In this document: one piece after another, positions 59,424 to 64,000 of the stretch
How positions within the stretch are numbered: the first letter of the stretch is position 1
How the letters are laid out: every line of letters begins with the position of its first letter
Origin: a virus
Taxonomy: Duplodnaviria > Caudoviricetes
Length of the DNA: 64,000 nt
IMG/VR virus record: IMGVR_UViG_3300034374_009547
Direction: 5' to 3' (one strand)
Notes under the pieces: generated by a model
The model's database searches: none
What the model saw: the letters and a program-made list of their open reading frames with translations, nothing else
What the model was told of the DNA's origin: nothing
Program-made: the position numbers and the translations under genes

Positions 59424-59603
59424 ATGGCACTACCAGCAACTGGATCTACGATTAGTATGACAAACATCAACAATTATTTTGTTGCTGGTGGTTTTACATC
59501 TTCTTTTGTTTTAAGTGTATTAGGTACATACATCGGAATTTCTGCTGGTACTACAATAAGTATGAGTAGTTCGTTTGGTGGTTATTATTTCCCAGCAACT
59601 TAG
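59424..59603 (+). CDS. Unannotated 59-aa fibre-associated protein
   Basis: Hand translation: MALPATGSTISMTNINNYFVAGGFTSSFVLSVLGTYIGISAGTTISMSSSFGGYYFPAT*, with AGGA SD. Below the ORF-track length cutoff. Confidence 0.75.
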   Translation: MALPATGSTISMTNINNYFVAGGFTSSFVLSVLGTYIGISAGTTISMSSSFGGYYFPAT

Positions 59604-59611
59604 GAGTTACA

Positions 59612-59992
59612 ATGAAATCTTTATACGAAGTGTTAAACATTGATTTAGCACAAGAATATACTAAAACTAGAAAACTAGCAAAATTACAAACACTAGAAAT
59701 CAGCGATGCTCAACTAGAAATTGAAGTTAAAAAAGCAATTGATAGCATGGATATTCCAGACGACGACGATCGTTATCATTGGATTCAAAAACTAGGTCAC
59801 GCAGCAGGTGCAGATTTGCTTACTATTGGTAAAGTACAACCTGAAAATATGCTTGCAATGGCAGCATTAAATGCTGATGATTTTCAAGAAGCAGTAAAAG
59901 TAGCTACAGGTACTGCACGTAATTGGAACAAACAAACTATTGAAGCTGAAAAGCAACTAGCAGAAGAATCTATGCCAACAACTATCTTGTAA
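59612..59992 (+). CDS. Hypothetical protein (126 aa)
   Basis: AGGAG SD, translationally coupled (TAATG) to the next gene. Confidence 0.75.
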   Translation: MKSLYEVLNIDLAQEYTKTRKLAKLQTLEISDAQLEIEVKKAIDSMDIPDDDDRYHWIQKLGHAAGADLLTIGKVQPENMLAMAALNADDFQEAVKVATGTARNWNKQTIEAEKQLAEESMPTTIL

Positions 59993-60576
59993 TGAAACTA
60001 GCAATTTGTGTTCCAACAAGAGACACGGTACATACATTATTTGCAGTAAGTTTGTGTAATCTTACAAACACACTTACAAAAAACAATATAGATTTTAATG
60101 TCCATATTGTTGCAGGAAGTGTAATATGCAATAGTCGAACTAGATTAGCCAAAGAAGCATTAGAAACAGGTGCAACACATTTGCTTTGGTTAGATAGTGA
60201 TATGGCTTTTGCATCAAATGTTGTAGAACAACTACTAAACCACAACAAAGACATAGTGGCTGCAAATTACAGCACACGGTATGCTCCTTATCAAAGTGTT
60301 GCTTTTGTAGACCCTGACGATATGGATTGTAGATTAAATGCAACCAATGGTTTACATAAAGTTTGGGCTGTAGGCATGGGTTGTATGCTTGTAAAATCAC
60401 AAGTTTACAAAGATTTACCAAAGCCTTGGTTTGATCACGAATATAATAAAAAATTAGACAACTTCAGCGGCGAGGATATATATTTTTGTAATCAGGCGAT
60501 GCATCACGGTTATGAAGTATATGTTGATGCAGATGTAAAATTATCGCATATAGGAATAAAGGCAAACACATTATGA
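59992..60576 (+). CDS. Glycosyltransferase family 2-like (GT-A) protein
   Basis: KLAICVPTRD, SRTRLAKEAL..GATHLLWLDSDM (DxD), VGMGCMLVK, GEDIYFC and HIG. Confidence 0.8.
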   Translation: MKLAICVPTRDTVHTLFAVSLCNLTNTLTKNNIDFNVHIVAGSVICNSRTRLAKEALETGATHLLWLDSDMAFASNVVEQLLNHNKDIVAANYSTRYAPYQSVAFVDPDDMDCRLNATNGLHKVWAVGMGCMLVKSQVYKDLPKPWFDHEYNKKLDNFSGEDIYFCNQAMHHGYEVYVDADVKLSHIGIKANTL

Positions 60577-63206
60577 CAACAGCTTTTTCAGTTTTTGATA
60601 AATTTCAAACTAATCTTCACAATGGACAAGATTATTTAAAAAATCACATATTTGATAAATTTCCTATTTTATATACAGATAATCCAAATGATTTAACACA
60701 AGTTTGGGATAGAAATCTTGATACTGAATATGTTTGGCTTGTTGATAAAAACATAAAAATTTATGATAGTTTTCCTTGGTTTTTTAGACCAAAGCCTGAT
60801 GCACAAGTAGCAATTCATGCCTATCCATATGTTTATAAAAAAAGTAGAGATGTTAAAGACTGGAACAGAGTAAGATTAGTTCCTACAAAACCAGGAGAAT
60901 ATGAAGTAACTCAACATCCTCACATTTGTGGACATTATGATCCATACAAAGGTGTTGACAAGTTTGATATCTTTTACATTGGAAAAAACAAAGACAATTT
61001 AAAGCAACTTGAAGAAAGAGGTTTGAGTATACAGGTTGTTGAAGACTATGAATCTGCTAGACAACAAAGTTATACTGATATGTTTTGGATTGTTTATGAT
61101 GACACCGTTGTAAGAGAAACTTTTAAATTTAGTTATACACCTGACGAATGGAGCACAGATTTTGTTCATGTGTTTGGAAATGGTGATATTGATACATTAG
61201 ATGGAATTGCTCTGTGTCCAAAAAGTTACAATCCTAGCAAAAAAGAATTAGACAATAGATTTTTTATTAATAAAAAAGAAATAAGAATTTTAGCAAGTAA
61301 TCCAAGAAAATACGATAAGTTTGAAATGGACAACTATCAATCATATCTACATATGATGCGTCATAGTACCACAGATTTATTTTGGGGAATTCCTAAGGAT
61401 ATTGTAATTGATGATAATTTTAAATTTGATTTTTATATTCCATATCACAATGTTGCAGATAAAAAACAAAATCATGCTTGGCTAAATGGTAACAAATATG
61501 ACGGAATTTATTTGTTCAGCAAAGAAGCAATCATTACAGAAAATGAATTTAACTATAGATTTTTAGTTAATAAAATTGAACATGATGTTGTAGCAAGTAA
61601 ACCAAAAGACTTTGAAAGATTTACAATCGATACTTACGAACAATATAGAAGTGCAATTGAAAGCTGCGGTACAAGTATGTTTTGGGCTATCCCTAGTGAC
61701 GTAAAAGTATCACCGGATTTTGCTTGGGATGAATATATTAACAATCTTGATAGTTTAGATAGAAGTACTAACCATGTATTTTTAAACGGTGATAGTTACG
61801 ATGGTATTGTGTTAATGAACACAAAAGAATTTGTAAATGATAAAGAAATTAGACATAGATTTTATACCAATAAAAAAGAACATGAAGTAATTGCAAGTAC
61901 ACCAAAACCTTACGATAAATTTACAATTGATACATACGAAGATTACACTACAGCATTGTATCATACAGAATCTGAAATGTTTTGGGGTGTCCCTAGTGAT
62001 GTTAATGTTGCTGAAGATTTTGACTTTAGTTTATATTTTAGCTATCATAATCAATACGATCGTAATATGAATCACGTGTTTTTAAATGGAGAAAATTATG
62101 ATGGTATTGTTTTATATAGTAAAAACTTATTAGTTAGTGAAAAAGAAATTGAACATAGGTTCTACATTAAGAAAAAAGAATGGGAAGTAATTGCAAGTAA
62201 TCCTAAACCTTTCCCTGTGTATACAATTAATGATTATGAAGATTATTTGAATGTAAAAAATGAAACTAGTGCTGATATGTTTTATATGATTAATGATAAT
62301 ATAAATTTGAAAGATGAATTTAATTTTGATTTGTATATTAGTCATCATAATCAGTACGAACGTAAAATTAATCATGTTTGGAAAAATGGAGAATTTTATG
62401 ATGGTGTTGCACTTACAAGTAAACACATCAATTTAAGTCAAAGAGAAATTGATTATAGATTTTATGCTGTAAAAAAAGAATACGAAGAAATTGCAAGTTT
62501 ACCTGTGCCTTATGATATTGTTTTTATTCAAAACGGTGAGCCAAATGCTGACGAAAACTATGCTACACTTTTACAAAGATTTCCCCGTGCTAAACGTGTT
62601 CAAAACATCAAAGGTATACACCAAGCACACCAACGAGCAGCAGAACTTGTTGACACTGAAATGTTTTGGGTTGTAGACGCAGATGCAGAAATATTAGAAG
62701 AATTTGATTTTAATTATTATGTTCCTGCATACGATATTGATGGTAAGGATACCGTACATGTATGGCGTAGTTTCAACCCTGTTAACGGATTGGTATACGG
62801 GTATGGTGGAGTTAAATTATTGCCAACAAGGCTAACACGTACAATGGATATGACTACAACTGACATGACTACAAGTATCAGTGATAAGTTTAAAAGTATT
62901 CCTGCAATGAGTAATGTTACAAACTTTAATACAGATGCCTATAGTGCATGGCGCAGCGGATTTAGAGAATGCGCAAAGTTAGCAAGTAAAACAATTGCAA
63001 GACAGGAAGACGACGAAACTGAATTTAGACTTAATGCTTGGTGTACCAGAGGCGACGATAAACCGTTTGGTAGAGCAGCAATTGCTGGTGCAAAAGCAGG
63101 TCGAGAATTTGGCGAAACTTACAAAGACAATAAAGAAGAATTAGAAAAAATTAACAATTTTCATTGGTTACACGACCAGTTTATAAAATTATATCAATCA
63201 ACTTAA
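60573..63206 (+). CDS. Multi-repeat glycosyltransferase-like protein (877 aa)
   Basis: Tandem ~120-aa units (..F.IDTYE.Y...MFW.....V...F.F..Y...HVFLNG..YDGI.L...EI..RF...K..EVIAS.PK). The final unit has MFWVVDAD (DxD) and NPVNGLVYGYGGVKL. Confidence 0.7.
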   Translation: MTTAFSVFDKFQTNLHNGQDYLKNHIFDKFPILYTDNPNDLTQVWDRNLDTEYVWLVDKNIKIYDSFPWFFRPKPDAQVAIHAYPYVYKKSRDVKDWNRVRLVPTKPGEYEVTQHPHICGHYDPYKGVDKFDIFYIGKNKDNLKQLEERGLSIQVVEDYESARQQSYTDMFWIVYDDTVVRETFKFSYTPDEWSTDFVHVFGNGDIDTLDGIALCPKSYNPSKKELDNRFFINKKEIRILASNPRKYDKFEMDNYQSYLHMMRHSTTDLFWGIPKDIVIDDNFKFDFYIPYHNVADKKQNHAWLNGNKYDGIYLFSKEAIITENEFNYRFLVNKIEHDVVASKPKDFERFTIDTYEQYRSAIESCGTSMFWAIPSDVKVSPDFAWDEYINNLDSLDRSTNHVFLNGDSYDGIVLMNTKEFVNDKEIRHRFYTNKKEHEVIASTPKPYDKFTIDTYEDYTTALYHTESEMFWGVPSDVNVAEDFDFSLYFSYHNQYDRNMNHVFLNGENYDGIVLYSKNLLVSEKEIEHRFYIKKKEWEVIASNPKPFPVYTINDYEDYLNVKNETSADMFYMINDNINLKDEFNFDLYISHHNQYERKINHVWKNGEFYDGVALTSKHINLSQREIDYRFYAVKKEYEEIASLPVPYDIVFIQNGEPNADENYATLLQRFPRAKRVQNIKGIHQAHQRAAELVDTEMFWVVDADAEILEEFDFNYYVPAYDIDGKDTVHVWRSFNPVNGLVYGYGGVKLLPTRLTRTMDMTTTDMTTSISDKFKSIPAMSNVTNFNTDAYSAWRSGFRECAKLASKTIARQEDDETEFRLNAWCTRGDDKPFGRAAIAGAKAGREFGETYKDNKEELEKINNFHWLHDQFIKLYQST

Positions 63207-63615
63207 ACAAATCTAATAATTTAGTTCTATTTCTTTTAACACGTAATGTATTTTGTAATCCGTGATGCAATGGCTTTGGCCACTTATCAAATGAAGTCCA
63301 AGCATATCCATCGTGTTCTCCGTTTAGCTTAGGCATAAATTCTTCTTGCACTATACACAAATATGTGTGAAAATGGAAGTGTTCGTCATTACTAATAAAT
63401 GTTTCTAATGGAATAGTTTTTTTAATATTAGGTATAAAAGATATTTCTTCTTGTATTTCACGTTTCAATCCTTCCCAAGGTGTTTCGGTTCCTTCGTTAG
63501 TACCGCCAACTAATCCCCATAGGTTTTTTGCTTTACCCTGAGTACGATGTAAAAATAAAAAACGTTTTGTTTCTAATGAATAAAATAGTGCACCACTACA
63601 AATAATTTTCTGCAT
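63181..63615 (-). CDS. Nudix hydrolase
   Basis: Nudix box GGTNEGTETPWEGLKREIQEEI. ATG 63615 (MQKIICSGALF) is preferred over the track start 63669. Confidence 0.88.
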   Translation of the reverse strand: MQKIICSGALFYSLETKRFLFLHRTQGKAKNLWGLVGGTNEGTETPWEGLKREIQEEISFIPNIKKTIPLETFISNDEHFHFHTYLCIVQEEFMPKLNGEHDGYAWTSFDKWPKPLHHGLQNTLRVKRNRTKLLDLFKLIDIIL

Positions 63616-63628
63616 AAAAATAATTATT

Positions 63629-64000
63629 TTATAATTGTATACGCCATGTTCCTCTTGGATAATATCCATCTACACTGCTTTGCCAATAATATTGATTCCA
63701 ATAATATTGTTGTCCATTATCTAAATTAGTAATATATGTTTTTCCAGATTCACTAGCATCAAAAACAATATTCCATTTTGATCCGTCCCATTCGATAATG
63801 TCATTCGCATCTGCTACAAAGTCAGAGTTGTCTAAATTTTTCCACGCATCTGCTCCATCTTCGTTTAAGTTTAAGATGTAAACAATTTTGTCATCAACTG
63901 ATGGCATTTCGTCTAAGTCTATTACAAACTTATCATCAATATTACGTGACGTTGAAGAAACAGGAATATCATTAATAACAACTTGCCAACTTGTTACCGT
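63629..64000 (-). CDS. C-terminal part of a probable virion protein (possibly neck/tail completion), truncated by the right edge
   Basis: Frame is open to the window end (TVTSWQVVINDIP...DIIEWDGSKWNIVFDAS...YYPRGTWRIQL*). The functional guess is weak. Confidence 0.6.
   Translation of the reverse strand, partial: TVTSWQVVINDIPVSSTSRNIDDKFVIDLDEMPSVDDKIVYILNLNEDGADAWKNLDNSDFVADANDIIEWDGSKWNIVFDASESGKTYITNLDNGQQYYWNQYYWQSSVDGYYPRGTWRIQL

Noticed and set aside
1-64000. Alternative genetic code (stop-codon reassignment, known in some jumbo phages)
   Set aside because: Genes up to 3617 aa are uninterrupted in code 11. TAG and TGA act as real stops (e.g. ATGA overlaps at 19259 and 21031; TAG at 23376 is followed by TGA four codons later).

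Overview
This window is a gene-dense, AT-rich segment of a large T4-superfamily (jumbo-type) myophage genome, read in the standard genetic code. The minus strand at 1-17292 carries a baseplate module: a >2400-aa wedge-type protein running off the left edge, then gp6-, gp25-, gp5-, hub-, gp53- and gp48/54-like genes. Next is a plus-strand block with a gp55-like late sigma factor, gp47/gp46 (Mre11/Rad50), a flavin-dependent halogenase and a small GIY-YIG nuclease. After it come a gp26-like gene and a tape-measure-like gene, then the head module (portal, acidic core protein, protease, scaffold, major capsid). A small accessory cassette follows (radical SAM-SPASM, MTHFR-like, cold-shock-like), then two giant fibre genes (3129 and 3617 aa), glycosyltransferase-like genes and a Nudix hydrolase. 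Four signals go beyond routine annotation. (1) A ~300-nt, highly base-paired, ORF-free element with its own late-promoter motif lies directly behind the GIY-YIG gene. (2) A second ORF-free unit lies between a sigma70 promoter and a terminator, with predicted pseudoknot and kissing-loop pairings. (3) A U-UUU-UUC -1 frameshift site would fuse the gp26-like ORF to an unannotated downstream ORF. (4) The pentamer ACWGT appears strongly avoided, with ACC/ACG codons at every Thr-Val junction I checked. I saw no tRNA, rRNA, CRISPR array or IS element. All family assignments come from recognising motifs by eye, not from database searches.
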